From: Phoronis australis | Taxonomy: Eukaryota; Animalia; Phoronida | Assembly (NCBI GenBank): GCA_002633005.1 | Contig: NMRA01000022.1 | Coordinates: forward strand, 1,714,502 to 1,778,501 | Length of the DNA stretch: 64,000 nt | Direction of reading: 5' to 3' | Shown here: positions 1-12,699 of the stretch, one piece after another | Position numbering within the stretch: position 1 is the first letter of the stretch | Layout: each line of letters begins with the position of its first letter | The notes under the pieces: generated by a model | The model's input: the letters and a program-made list of their open reading frames with translations, nothing else | The model's database searches: none | What the model was told of the DNA's origin: nothing | Position numbers and translations under genes: made by a program

Positions 1-1229
1 ACTATCGTGTGTTTTTGTGATGACTTGTCGTGCCCAATAGGCTCTAAACATTCTTTGCTTGCGTCGCTATCTCAGTCCTTTCCCTACTAAGTCAGTGTCT
101 TTTATCTGGGAGTATTCATTATAGTCATAGCTTTTATATACCAGCCAACATTTAACTACAAAGAAGATTCGTTCCCTTTCCAACAGATCGTACGTACCTC
201 ACACTATTCTTAATGCACACAGTTGTACGGTACGCTGCTCTTTTGGATGCAAAAACTCTTCACAACACGTAACGCAAATTTTCATTAGTCACTCTTGACA
301 ATTTGAAAAATTAGCAATGAATAGGCCCATCTCCTCAAACCCGCGACGTCTAATTTATGATCAATAGAATGCTGCCTTATAGAAATACTCTTTGTCTAAA
401 AACGGAAAAGGCGTTGTGATTTTAGCCTCGTTTTAGAAACGTTGATTTGATTCTGGGGATCATATCGGAAAATGTGCATCTACGAAGAGGCTCCTTCTTG
501 CCGTCCGAGGTGGTCCCACAGCACAGCAGCAAAACTGGCGCTGGTGTTCAAAAGTTGGATACAGTTAATGCAGAGAAAGACTTGGAAAAACAAGGCACCA
601 ACAACTGAGACGAGAACCTTCAATGGCGCGAAAGCGAGGTTAAAGAACTGCCTAGCGGATGTTGCGCAGTTCTTCGTAAAATACACGATGCAAGTGCATG
701 TCGCTGTTTAATCTGGGACCGTATATAAGCCCACCCGATGAAACGGCCATGGGCGTTTATTCGGAAAATTTTGCAGAATAAACGCCCATGTGCGTTTATT
801 TGGTGTTACAACTTCTGGTGTCAAGTGTACAGATAGTGGGGAATTCATTTTATTCACAAAATTTCCTCTTAAAAGCCCACTCAACGTCAATTTTTGTATG
901 CGTGCACCGGGGGCATGCATGCGCCAAACGCCGTTTTTTCTTAGTGAAAGGTCCAAATTCTCAAAGTTTGAGCAACCCTATATTTTAGTCTGGGTGCGCG
1001 CAAGTTTTATCACAAATTCAGTTTTGAGGAATATTTATCATTTACATAAACAAACAAGGTGTTGACGAACTATGCATTTATTAACATAAAATTTAAAAAC
1101 ACAGTGGATGTCAAAGTCAGGAAAACTATGACTTTCCGTTTACCCCCCCCCCCCCCTTTTCCGAATAAACGCTCGGGCGTTTATTTGGTGTTTCGCGAAT
1201 ACACGTTCAACTGAAATTTGTATTTTCAG

Positions 1230-1259
1230 TGTCAATATCAAGTACCGGAAGTACCACAG
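1230..1259 (+). CDS. Putative 30-nt phase-1 micro-exon (xSISSTGSTT), Ser/Thr-rich linker of the multi-Ig gene
   Basis: tattttcAG acceptor and ACAG|gtacgt donor; 30 nt, open in the same 1-1 phase as all downstream exons. Confidence 0.55.
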
Positions 1260-1298
1260 GTACGTTTCTGTCAATTTGACGAGTTCTAGCTAAGCTGA

Positions 1299-2116
1299 AT
1301 TACAACGGGGATAATACATTTTTATTAATAGGCCCAGCCTGAGTTGAACGCTCCTCTTTCGTGGACGAAAAAAAGTCATTACATGATTGTCCTCTTTTTC
1401 AAAATGTCAGGTACTCCTGAATTGATTTGCAGAGAGACACAACAATCAAGCATTTGGATCTGCCAGACTCCTGCAAGTGACTGTTAACCGATAGCTGTCT
1501 TTTTTGCAATTTGTGGTTGTCACAGTTTGAACTCAAAATACAAAAATACAGATTTGCCTGCATTGCAATGGTGAATTACATCACAATTACGTCGTGAGCT
1601 GGTCTGAGTCGGTGACAAATACATCTGCATGTCAAGAAGCAGAACAAGTGCTTGGCACATAACGCTGCATCGCTGATAAATACATGTACTATAATACCGG
1701 TAACAGTNTTACAACGGGGATAATACATTTTTATTAATAGGCCCAGCCTGAGTTGAACGCTCCTCTTTCGTGGACGAAAAAAAGTCATTACATGATTGTC
1801 CTCTTTTTCAAAATGTCAGGTACTCCTGAATTGATTTGCAGAGAAACACAACAATCAAGCATTTGGATCTGCCAGACTCCTGCAAGTGACTGTTAACCGA
1901 TAGCTGTCTTTTTTGCAATTTGTGGTTGTCACAGTTTGAACTCAAAATACAAAAATACAGATTTGCCTGCATTGCAATGGTGAATTACATCACAATTACG
2001 TCGTGAGCTGGTCTGAGTCGGTGACAAATACATCTGCATGTCAAGAAGCAGAACAAGTGCTTGGCACATAACGCTGCATCGCTGATAAATACATGTACTA
2101 TAATACCGGTAACAGT
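1299..2116. repeat. ~408-bp direct duplication around a single N (1708); likely assembly overlap artefact
   Basis: 1299-1707 is near-identical to 1709-2116 and the junction is an N. Confidence 0.7.
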
Positions 2117-3469
2117 CTGTGCTATTTCAGTGCGTTGAACCTATTACAGGATCTGTCGACATGGTTTAATTGAGAACTGCTTTTAATCTGTGCACGTACC
2201 GGTACTTACAACAAAGACGGCGCCACGAAATTCCATTGCGTTCAATTTGAATTGTTAAATATGTAATAATTGAATGGACAGTCAAGGGGTGGATCCAGGA
2301 TTTTGAGTTGGGAGAGGAGAGCAGGACAGACTATTAACCAAGAACTTACCCGTCTGACATTCGCACCCCCGGCGAACTGCCAAACGGAAATCTAGGGGTC
2401 ATGCCCTCCTCCCTAAATTCGTCACTGCAATCAAACAGAAAGCGCAGGCTTGACTTGCCCACATTTACAAAGTGGGACACGTCCTTGAAATAGTACCATA
2501 TTTTATGAGAGTTCATTAATACTCCTGAACACAACACCTTGAGAAATGTAATCTCTTTGTTTCATGTCTTAGTGCAAATGAGGATACCCACTCGAAGCTC
2601 AGCCGCAACATCATCTGTAAAAGCAGTTGCAGCTGCCTAGTTATTTTCAAGAAATAACTAAACACGTCTTAATTAAAAAGCATCGTTTTCCTTATCCCAA
2701 GATCAAGGCCACGAAACAGGCAGAGGCATGCAAACACCAGAGGGTGGTAATGGAATACATACGGCATTGTTTAGGAACTCTTACCACGCTGCGGAACCTT
2801 TGCCTCTGGGAAGAAATCCTTACCACTCAACACGCGTCGCTAAAGCTCGTACCGTGCTCAAAGAGTTCCGGCCGACAGTGCGTAGCGATTGTGACTAGTT
2901 GAAGTTGCATTTCATCCCTGTTAAACAGTCAATACGAAATTTTTTAACCGATGCGCTTTGTGATTCCCTTAACACGTTCACCCGATTCTGAATCTAATGG
3001 GCTGGATACAGCAACTCAACTAAAGTCATGTGCAATACGTACACTGCGCCATTTTCGAATCCAGTTGTGGAGCATTTCTCATCGCTCATGATTTCAATGT
3101 TCGTCTTGGGAACGGACTTAGAATTATATCATGATAAAAATGACGTGGCACACAATTTTATGAGAACAAAAGATTAAGCTTCTGAGGGTTATTTGTGCGT
3201 GGTAAGTCTTCTTGCGATGCGTGGTAAGTGTTTTGCAGAGTGGTTAGTGTTCAGCTAAGGGTCTCGCTTCGTGGTAATGGTTCTGCGACCCACGGCAAGG
3301 GTTACATTACTACTCTTGTACAACAACATATGAATGTCTTCGAAAGTCGTCTGAATGTATAGTCGTCAATTATTTCACATTGTACCTTATGGTGTTTTTG
3401 TGCTAAAGCACTTACAGGCATGTACCACACCCTACCGTCAAATAAATGTTCAATTAAATTACATTTCAG

Positions 3470-3511
3470 CCTCCTTACCAACAACAACTACGATCCTGGG
3501 AAGAAGTACAG
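3470..3511 (+). CDS. Putative 42-nt phase-1 micro-exon (xSLPTTTTILGRST), mucin-like linker
   Basis: acatttcAG acceptor, ACAG|gtaggc donor, 14 codons, Thr-rich. Confidence 0.65.
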
Positions 3512-5098
3512 GTAGGCATGCGCAGGCGTCTTTGTCACGTGGGCTATCAAGATCTGTTTAAGTCAAAAGTTAATCAGCCCCTTGAAAAAACGTCAAACTT
3601 GCGAAAGACGCCATGTTCAACACGAGGCTTTTTGCGACTCTTACTAAAACAGTCTCTCACTTCCAAAATTGTTCCATAGTAAGTTGAAAAGCTTATTTTT
3701 ATACGTGTTCTGAAAGCAACTAAAAATAAGCTAAGTTAATAGCATGTTCTATGCTTTGCTCCTAATTTTCGAGAAATCAGGAAAAGGAGTATTAATGACA
3801 AATGGATGTGTTCAGAGTGATCAATTGATATATCTCAAAGATTTTTGCCCTACGGTGAGACAAAATGGATCACAGATAGGTGAATTGCTGTTTTCGAAAG
3901 ACTGTTTTAGTTTGAAATGTTGCATTTCATTTCTTTTTAAAAACCAAGATGTTGTAATTACGGAATAGGCCTAAATCCTACAATTGTTTCTAAGTGTCAT
4001 GCTGCTTGTGAAGGCTGCTTAGTGCTTTTTCCACAACAACCACTTTCCCTCGTTCTTCATCGCACGTGCCCCAAGCTCGCCGTAAAGCAACCTAATGCTT
4101 TTACGTACGAAACCAATATTTTGGGCAAAGATGGCAGATTATCGCTGTGCAAACATGTTCCGCGCCTGTATTACGTAGAATTATCAGTTAAATTGATTTG
4201 ATGGACCTAAATATTTTTCCTTTCGTCAAAAAAATGGAATGGTAAACTGCCATTGACTTGGAAAGGCCCAATTATGAATAGGTTGGCCAATGCATCTAAT
4301 CCAAAAATCATTTTGTGTCATGGTCTACGCCCCCATTATCTTTCAACGGCCCATAAACTCAGGATAATAATCGCACGTCCGCACCATTTGTTTGCTAAAG
4401 CTCTTAATTTTTTCAAATTCACGTATCCTAGTTTCTGACGTAGTGATTTGGGAAGTGAGTTGTAATCATTGTCTTGAATGACCACGAATCAGTGACGAAC
4501 AAAAATTTTCTTCTGCTCATGTAATTGCGTCACCTCCTGATCAACACAGACCCCAGTTCGAGTGGCTGATTTTAACGTTATCACTGGTCTGAGTAAACGA
4601 ATAACCCTTTTATGCACCCAGGTTTCAATGCACCTGACAAAATAAGTGACTGAAAGTACACTTTTGGGCTTTCTCAAATACGGAAAAATTTAACAATGCC
4701 ATGCCCACCGGAAAAAATAGGATGTTAAAGATCAATAAAAAGTGCGACTTTGGCCCATTTCAATTAAAATAAATTCACTACTGACCCGGTGCAAGAGAAG
4801 AGACCATGTTCTTTCAATCTAGATTCCAGAAATTCAAGTTAAAATATTTCATTACCAACCAGACTTTTGACAATTGAAGGGTACGTGGATTCGCGCCAAG
4901 AATTTAACACTCAACACTCAATATGATCCCTAACAGGTATAAAAGGGCTAAAATCAAAGGCCAGCAGTAACATACAATCTACAGTAATAAACAAATAATG
5001 ATACAAGACAGATGAAACGTGCTGGTGAACAAAAACATTAAACACTCGTAACACTCTGGCCTGACCGTTACTTTACGACAACTTATTTTACATTTCAG

Positions 5099-5140
5099 CA
5101 CCAGTAACAACTACGCCTACAGTTGTGTACAACCCTCCAG
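5099..5140 (+). CDS. Putative 42-nt phase-1 micro-exon (xPVTTTPTVVYNPP), mucin-like linker
   Basis: ttttacatttcAG acceptor, CCAG|gtacaa donor; joins in frame to the first Ig exon (G+TT = Val, giving VGPWSV). Confidence 0.65.
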
Positions 5141-5980
5141 GTACAAGTTATGGAGTCTGATATGTTCCTCGTTTAGTTGACGGTTCTTAAAAGCTAACAC
5201 CGTCAGTGTGCGGTTGTTGTACTAATGCCGATATAAACCATGACCTGCTGTTTAAAAACATCACCGACCCCTCCAATTGAAGGTCTGTACGACCGATCTT
5301 GGTAAGTTGGTCGTAACAAAGTTCATTAACGTGACTGGTAAAGACTGTAGTTAAGTGTAAACAAGAAAAACTATCAACTTGACGCCAGTTGGAAAGTTTC
5401 ACTCATATAAAAAACGCGGCGCCGCGTTGACAATAGCGTGCAGTAACAGATCTTTGCGAGAAATATGAATTCAAACGGCAAGACTCTGTCAGCTGATTTC
5501 CTGCAGGTGGTTAATCAAAAACCTCATAGTCAAACAAAGTGCATAGAAGAGTACATGCTGGGTACAGGCGACCCTAGGTGTGAGACACCTGGCGGAAAAA
5601 AGCACTAAGGTGATCGTAAATAATGAGCTGAGCTTCATTTGAAAGGTTTTTGGGGATTCCTAGACTATTGTTTACTTAAATATGGATTTGTCGCACTGAA
5701 AAGTCGCAAAATATGACGAAGTACTTTTATTTGACGTTGCAGCGACGCTAAGATGACCCATTTGCAACAATCGTGTAATTTATTTATTATTTATTTATTT
5801 ATTTTATTATTATTATTAATGTAATATTTACAATGAGGGTAGCCCCATCACTTCACACTGCTTTCCATGGTCGGGGGCCCTCAGTAACTGTAATGAAGTA
5901 CGCTTCACGATAACCTTAGTTGCGGCACGCCATAAATTAAAGCGGCTTCAGCTTAGTAACCCTTAGCTTGTTGCTTCCAG

Positions 5981-6310
5981 TTGGTCCGTGGTCAGTGAAC
6001 ATAACTGACTTGAGCAACAACTTGACTATACAACGTGGCACAGACCTTTTGCTCGTCTACAACATTCCACGCAGCCTGGATTGCTTTACCAGTGGCGTTT
6101 ACCCGAACGCCACCGTCGATTGGGGGACTTTGAAAGAGCAGGGCGTTAAACGCGAAATTGATTCAGGACCAAATCAGCATAGGAAGTTCGCAAAGAAGTT
6201 GACCGTTACTCCAACGACAGCGCTGCACAATAAGACAGCCACCTGTACTGCAAACAACACTCTCAACAAAACGCTTTCGGCAAGCAGCTGGCTCATTTTT
6301 AAAGTTGCAT
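5981..6310 (+). CDS. Ig-like domain exon 1 (C2-type) of multi-Ig transmembrane protein
   Basis: ttccAG..T|gtgagt, 330 nt; GPWSV..LDCFTSGVYPNATVDW..ATCTANN (B-strand Cys, Trp, F-strand Cys). Confidence 0.85.
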
Positions 6311-7729
6311 GTGAGTAAGATCGTAATTGGTCGCAGACTGAACCTGGACCTACCGTATGTTTGTACAGCGAGCCATGGGTTATGATCAAGAGTGTTTAGA
6401 ATATAAAAAACGACTCTATAAATCACTCAATTATATTACAAAACAAATATAAAATATATTGGATAAAACAAAATTTCAAGCAGTTTTAAAATCCCTAGGA
6501 AATATCAAATCGAAATGAAGCTCAGGATTTGACAACATTTCCACCAAACTTATGGCCGGAATGAACTGGACTACTCCGGTAATTATAAACCCACTCGCTA
6601 CCATCATAAATCAATGTTCTGCAAAAGGTTGTTTTACAAGTGGATTTGAAAATTGCCACGGCTGTGCATTTATACATAGCAATTGAAATAGATGAACATA
6701 ATTTAACTACTACAAGCCTAATCTCTCTAATTCTTGCTTCTCAACATTGTTTGAAAAAATGCCTATGATCTACCTTACTGCCAGCAATCTCTCTCTAATA
6801 TTGAGTTAACGATGTGTTCATATGATAGAAAGATTCCAGGGAAAACGAAAACAAGTTGTTTGATCCTAAGAGAGTTTCGTGGGCGGTGCACCATAGGAGG
6901 CTGGGGGGCTATAGCCCCCACTTTTTTCAGTGCTGCGCCACACATGGTTCTGCGTGTGCATGCATACGACCGTTGAGAACGAACAATGCTTTGAGTCGCC
7001 GCACGCCTTTGTAGCTTAGTGTTCACGAACACAGCAAATTGTGGAAGGGGAAAATCGTCGTTCAAATTCTTTGATTTGATAGGTACCTCCGTCGACATTT
7101 CGCTGTTTCGATATCCATTTCTTACTAACGGCTTCATATCAGTCTCTCGGCGCGTGGTGTGTATAATAATGTCGACCTACTTTTAAGTAGGTGAACCCGC
7201 GAGAGTATCCGGTTGATATGGCGAACCCTCGAGGCGTGTAAATTGTTCTCTCCGCTGTGTGACTGCGCTTCATGGCTGACAGTTGACCTATCATAAGCTC
7301 TGCCACTTGCGTAATGTCGACAAACAAACAATAAGTTTTACCCGCCATCGTCTTGTTTGCCGGGTAAAATGCTGCGTTCTGATTGGTCACTTAAGCAGTC
7401 ACTCGAAATCGATAGGTCAAATTAGAACTGCAAGTAAATACGGGCAAGAGAAAACAGCTCAGAAGTACTACAAACGTTACAAATGCTGCTAGTGGCGTAA
7501 CTGGGGGCAGCGGGTCCAGTTCCAAAAAACGAAGTTGATCGGCAACCGAAATGGGTCAAATCCCTGAGAGAAGACATATCGACCATGCGGTATTAATATT
7601 TCCGCCAACTTGGATGACATGATCAAACTTAATACGATATGAAAATACAAGAAGCCAATTAACTTATCGAGATGTGATCTAGAAGGCAACTTACTGTCCT
7701 TGGTCGTATAACAGTAGTAAAATCATTCA

Positions 7730-7806
7730 TTTTATGCATACATATGCATATGCATACATGCATGCATGCATGTACATACAAGCATGCATGTATGTATATA
7801 TATATA
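7730..7806. repeat. Compound (CATA/CATG/TA)n microsatellite
   Basis: atgcatacatatgcatatgcatacatgcatgcatgc...tatatatata just upstream of Ig exon 2. Confidence 0.8.
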
Positions 7807-7889
7807 TTCCACTGTGCTTTTTCTTTATTATATTTCATCAATTTGTTATATACGTTATTAAACACTACCTCTCCTTCTCCATATTTCAG

Positions 7890-8207
7890 CCGGACCTAGG
7901 GTGGTAACTCTGTACTTCGAAGATTCCGTACAACAAAATAGAAGCGTCCTGTGGAAGATTGCTGGGATAAACGTTACCATTGACTGTCGAACAGATGAGG
8001 TGTACCCAAACGCCACTATGGGCTGGTCCGTATCACAGGTGCAGAGCAATATAAGAGTGAATGGAACAGAGCCCAACCAAGTGTTCTCAATGGCTCTTAC
8101 GTTCGTCACGACTCCACAGCCACGTCAGCGGAGGTACACGTGCTCTGCCAACAACACGCGCGCCCCGTCTCTTTCGACTTGGGCTTTCTTCACACTGAAG
8201 ATACTGT
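7890..8207 (+). CDS. Ig-like domain exon 2
   Basis: atatttcAG..T|gtgagt, 318 nt; GPRVVT..IDCRTDEVYPNATMGW..YTCSANN. Confidence 0.85.
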
Positions 8208-8415
8208 GTGAGTTGACGTAGGTTTAAACATTGTTACTCTTGAATGAATCAGCAAGTACGCCAGAGGTATTCTCACCCTTATAGCTAAGGTTATGTGAAA
8301 ACCCAGAAAAATGTTCCATATCAGCATGTCTTAGAGATTCAAACACAAACCTTTCAGAGACTGTACGTTGTCCATTGCTATCTAGAATCGTTTTAGATTA
8401 TTGTTTTAAAATGTT

Positions 8416-8509
8416 NNNNNNNNNNNNNNNNNNNNNNNNNNNNNNNNNNNNNNNNNNNNNNNNNNNNNNNNNNNNNNNNNNNNNNNNNNNNNNNNNNNNN
8501 NNNNNNNNN
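8416..8509. other. Assembly gap (N run)
   Basis: Run of N. Confidence 0.95.
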
Positions 8510-9655
8510 AGGGGGGGGGGGGCTATCAAAATTGGTACTTCCATGTACGGATTTGATTAAAGACCAAAATTTTGTCCAAGTTAAGACCAAAATCGGGCTA
8601 AGTAAAAACTGAAGAGGAAAATTCAGGAAAGACCATTTCACTAACTTAAGTCCGATTTTGGTCTTCAGTCTTAACTTAGACAGAAATGAAGACGGGATTT
8701 CACATAGGTGAGCATACAAGCTACGCTTTCACCACCTTTTGCAAATCCACATAACTAAGCGAGGCAGTGTGTGAAATACGGTTTCAAGAATCATCTTGGC
8801 CGTGAAACTCTAAACTGGGGTTTATTTACAACAATTTGGACACAATTGAAATCTCGTTTACGTGCAACGATCCTGTTGTGGGTGGAAAATATTTCACATG
8901 TGCGAGTAAGTCGCAATATATTGTCACTTCAAATCTACGCCACTTTGCCAGGTCTCAAATGGCAAGTAGACTATCTTCAATTTGACATTATTTAGGGATA
9001 TTAGATTGTGAAAATATCAACGGATGCTTTTCCTCAACAGTTAGAAATGATAATCATAAACTTTGGTCACTTAGACAAAAAATCTTCTAAGTCTTAGCTT
9101 AGACCGATTTCTGTCTTAATTTTGGTCTTAAGATGCTTGATGAAACGACCTCAGACATTTTGATCTTGAGTTAACCCGATTTCGGTTTTAGTTACGACAG
9201 AAAAGGTTTCCTGAACTTGGCCGTGTGACCCAATTTATTGGCAGGCTGGCGTTAGTCAAAAAATTCTTCAGATTTATGGTTTCAAGAAATTCTGACAATA
9301 TTTAAACTCCATAATTTCTATGTCATTTGCCCAGCTGCGCTGACTTGTTGATACAGTGCTTGGCGCTTAGCTTGACGCCATAAGTTGCATTTGGGACTGT
9401 TATTGTCTTATTATAAGTCAGAAATAAAATGACACACTGAGGCAAGAATATGTTACGAAAGGTCATGAGTCACTCAGATGCAAGTTAACAACAGTGATGA
9501 AATATTCGCAAACTAGGAAAACAGAACCAGAATACGGCGCATCCCCGTGGGCTGCTCATTCAACGCAGGTGGCGAAGGGTTATAACCCACCCAGTTCAAT
9601 CATTCAGTTTTAGGGTCAGCTATTTGAGAGTCTTCTCACCACCTTCATATTTCAG

Positions 9656-9973
9656 CTGGCCCTACGATACTAACTATTTCCTCCGAAAATTCCTTGATAC
9701 CCAATAACAGCATCCTGTGGAAGATTGCAGGCCTAAATGTCACCGTAGACTGTGAAACGGACAATGTGACCGGAAACGCCAGCATCGCTTGGTCCACAGC
9801 GCAGGGGCAGGGCAATGTAAGAGAAATCGGAACACAACCCAATAAAAGATTTTCAGTAGCTCTTACTTTCGTTACGACTCCACATCCACATCTTCGAAGG
9901 TACACGTGCTCTGCCAACAACACGCGCGCCCCGTCTCTTTCTACTTGGGCTTTCTTCACACTGAAGATACTGT
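9656..9973 (+). CDS. Ig-like domain exon 3
   Basis: atatttcAG..T|gtgagt, 318 nt; GPTILT..VDCETDNVTGNASIAW..YTCSANN. Confidence 0.85.
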
Positions 9974-11259
9974 GTGAGTTGACGTAGGTTTTAACATTAA
10001 TACTTACGAATGAATCAAAAAGTACGCCAGAGGTATTTTCACCCTTATAGCTAAGGTAATGTGAAAACTCAGAAAAATGTTCCATAACATCAGGTCTTAG
10101 AGATTCAAACAAACCTTTCAGATAAGATTCTTCGTCCATTGTTCTCTAGAATCGTTTTAGATTATTGTTTTAAAACGCTCCACTATGGCAGGGGGGTATC
10201 AAATTTGGAACTTCCATGCACGGTTTTGATTAAAGAGCAGAAGTTTTGTCAAAGTTAAGACCGAAATTGGCCTAAGTTAAGACTGAAGACGAAAATTCAA
10301 AAAGACCGTTTCACTAACGTAAAGTCCGTTTTTGGTCTTCAGTCTTAGACAGAAATGAAGACGGGATTTCATATAGGTGAGCATATAAACTACGCTTTCA
10401 CCACCTTTTGTAAATCCACATAACTAAGCGAGGCAGTGTTTGAAATACGGTTTCAAGAATCATCTTGGCCGTGAAACTCTAAATTGGGGTTTATTTACAA
10501 CAATTTGGACCCAATTGAAATCTCGTTTAAGTGCGGAGACCCTGTCGTGGGTGAAAAATATCATTTCACATGTGCAAGTTAGTCACCATATATTGTCTGT
10601 TCGAATCTACGCCACTTTGCCAGGTCTCAAATGGCAAGTAGACTATCTTCAATTTGGCATTATTTAGGGATATTAGATTGTGAAAATATCAACGGACGTT
10701 TTTCCTCAACAGTTAGAAAGGATAATCGTAAACTTTGGTCACTTAGACAAAATATTAAAAGTCCTAGCTCAGACCGATTTCTGTCTTTATTTTGGTCTAA
10801 GAAGTTTGATAAAAAGGCTTTAGACATTTTGGTCTTGAGTTATCCTGATTTCGGTTTAAGTTACGACAGAAAAGGTTTCATGAAACGGGCCGTGTGACCC
10901 AATTAATTGACAGGCTGATGTTAGTCAAATTAAATTCTACAGATTTATGGTTTCAAGAAATTCTGACAATATTTAAGCTTAATAATTTCTAGCCATTTAC
11001 CCAAATGCACTAACTTGTTGATGCAGTTCTTGACGCTTAGTTTGACGCCATAAGTTGCATTTGGGACTGTTATTATCTTATTAGAAGTCAGAAATAGAAT
11101 GACACACTGTGGCAAGAATATGTTACGAAGGGTCATGAGACACTCAGATGCAAGTTAACAGCAATGATGAAATATTCCTAAACCCACTCAGCTATAAGTT
11201 CAATAATTCGATTTTAGGGTCAGTTATTCGAGAGTATTCTTACCACCTTCATATTTCAG

Positions 11260-11577
11260 CTGGCCCTACGATACTGACTATTACCTCTGAAAATTCCTTG
11301 ATACCCAATAACAGCATCATGTGGAAGATGCCAGGCCTTAATGTCACCGTAGACTGTGAAACAGACGACATGTTCGGAAACGCCAGCATCGGCTGGTCCA
11401 GAGCACAAGAGCAGGGCAATGTAAGAGAAATCGGAACAGAACCACATAAAAGATTTTTAGCATCTCTTACGTTCGTCACGACTCCACATCCACATCTTCG
11501 AAGGTACACGTGCTCTGCCAACAACACGCGCGCCCCGTCTCTTTCGACTTGGGCATTCTTCACACTGAAGATACTGT
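11260..11577 (+). CDS. Ig-like domain exon 4
   Basis: atatttcAG..T|gtgagt, 318 nt; close paralog of exon 3. Confidence 0.85.
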
Positions 11578-12054
11578 GTGAGTTGACGTAGGTTTTAACA
11601 TTGTTACTCATGAATGAATCAGTGAGTACGGATTAATGCTACGTGAGAACCCAAAATATGTTCCGATTTGGCTAACGTCGGAACATCATATCTTAGAGGT
11701 TCTTAAGCGAAACTTCCAGATATTGCAATGTTCACGATTTATAATTTCAGCGATATTCGCTTGAGCTCTATGCATCTTCTACCGTCTCTCGCAGCGCAAC
11801 AGTAAGAGAAAAAAGAAAACTGATTAAAATGACTGGTACTTATCGTGACTGTTCTTGTCTTAATTATCATAAGTCAGAAATAACACGACTCACTGTAAGA
11901 ATATGTTGCAAAAGGGCACGACCCTCAGATGCAACCCAATAGCAGTGCTGAAATATACACACAAATGTTCTTGGAAAGCAGAGGGAGAGTGCGGAACACC
12001 GCTGTGAGCTGCTTATTCAACACAGGTGGCGAAGGGTCATGACTCATTCAGGTA

Positions 12055-12430
12055 TGACTTACTTGACTTATGCCTATGGACACCTTAAGGGGCATAGGGG
12101 CTCCGTGTCTGCTCGCCATCTGATCCGGTTGGTAGCCTTTGTTAGGATCTTGTTCCATGACATGGAAATAGAGAGGTGTACCGATGATACAGTTCTTCTC
12201 AATTTTTTGCACAGGTCTGCCTCGCTTCTGTCTCCCTTGTGTGTTCCAGTTTAGGTGCATGCTTGGTGATATTTGTATTCGGCTTTCGCAGAGTGTGAGC
12301 AATCCAACTCCACTTCCTTCCCTTAATGTGGATCTCTATGGCTTCTTGCCTGACTCAGTTCCACACACTTTCATTTGTTACTCCGTCAGACCACTTGATT
12401 TGCAGGATGTGATGCAAACATACGTTTGTT
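12055..12430 (-). mobile_element. RTE-clade LINE 3' fragment
   Basis: Minus-strand HLNWNTQGRQKRGRP resembles the RTE C-terminal WNPQGKRKRGRP motif; short AAGT-type tail near 12055-12070. Confidence 0.6.
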
Positions 12431-12602
12431 AACACTTAATGCTTGGTTAGAGTTTCATTTTCATGGCCCTCTTCACCACATCCAACAGAACGAACTTGCC
12501 AGATGGCCATTTTTAGGGATACCCATGGATCACTGTTGTATCGATTACCTTTTCATGCCCAAAAAATCGCTGGAATCCTGGTCTGTTACCTTCATATTTT
12601 AG

Positions 12603-12685
12603 CCGGCCCTACGGTGCTCACTATGCGCTTTGAAAATTCCGAGCTACCAAACAACTTTGAGAAATTGGAAAGTCTGACTAAGTAA
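12603..12685 (+). pseudogene. Truncated Ig exon copy (xGPTVLTMRFENSELPNN, then unrelated sequence and stop)
   Basis: Intact acceptor ttcatattttAG; first ~18 codons match exons 2-4; homology is lost near 12655; TAA at 12683-12685. Confidence 0.75.
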
Positions 12686-12699
12686 CTTGGAGCTTAAGC

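Larger units (their letters stand above)
7860..12655 (+). repeat. Tandem ~1.6-1.8 kb exon+intron duplication units (3 complete, 1 disrupted)
   Basis: Intron 8208-9655 is highly similar to 9974-11259; 11820-12040 again matches the pre-exon intron and leads to a truncated exon at 12603. Confidence 0.85.

Noticed and set aside
1299-2116. Biological tandem duplication of ~408 bp
   Set aside because: Near-identical copies joined at a single N are typical of an unmerged contig overlap.
2131-2170. Candidate micro-exon after gctatttcAG
   Set aside because: Immediate TGA in the phase-1 frame and no convincing donor.
2573-2640. Candidate Ser/Ala-rich exon (xQMRIPTRSSAATSS..)
   Set aside because: No phase-1 donor before the stop, so it cannot be supported.
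8771-10897. Repeated ORF MKYGFKNHLGRETLNWG.. as a gene family
   Set aside because: Chance ORFs inside duplicated intronic repeat sequence; non-ATG starts and no recognisable domain.
9645-11611. Minus-strand ORFs (164 aa, 120 aa) overlapping Ig exons
   Set aside because: Antisense shadows of the Ig coding exons.
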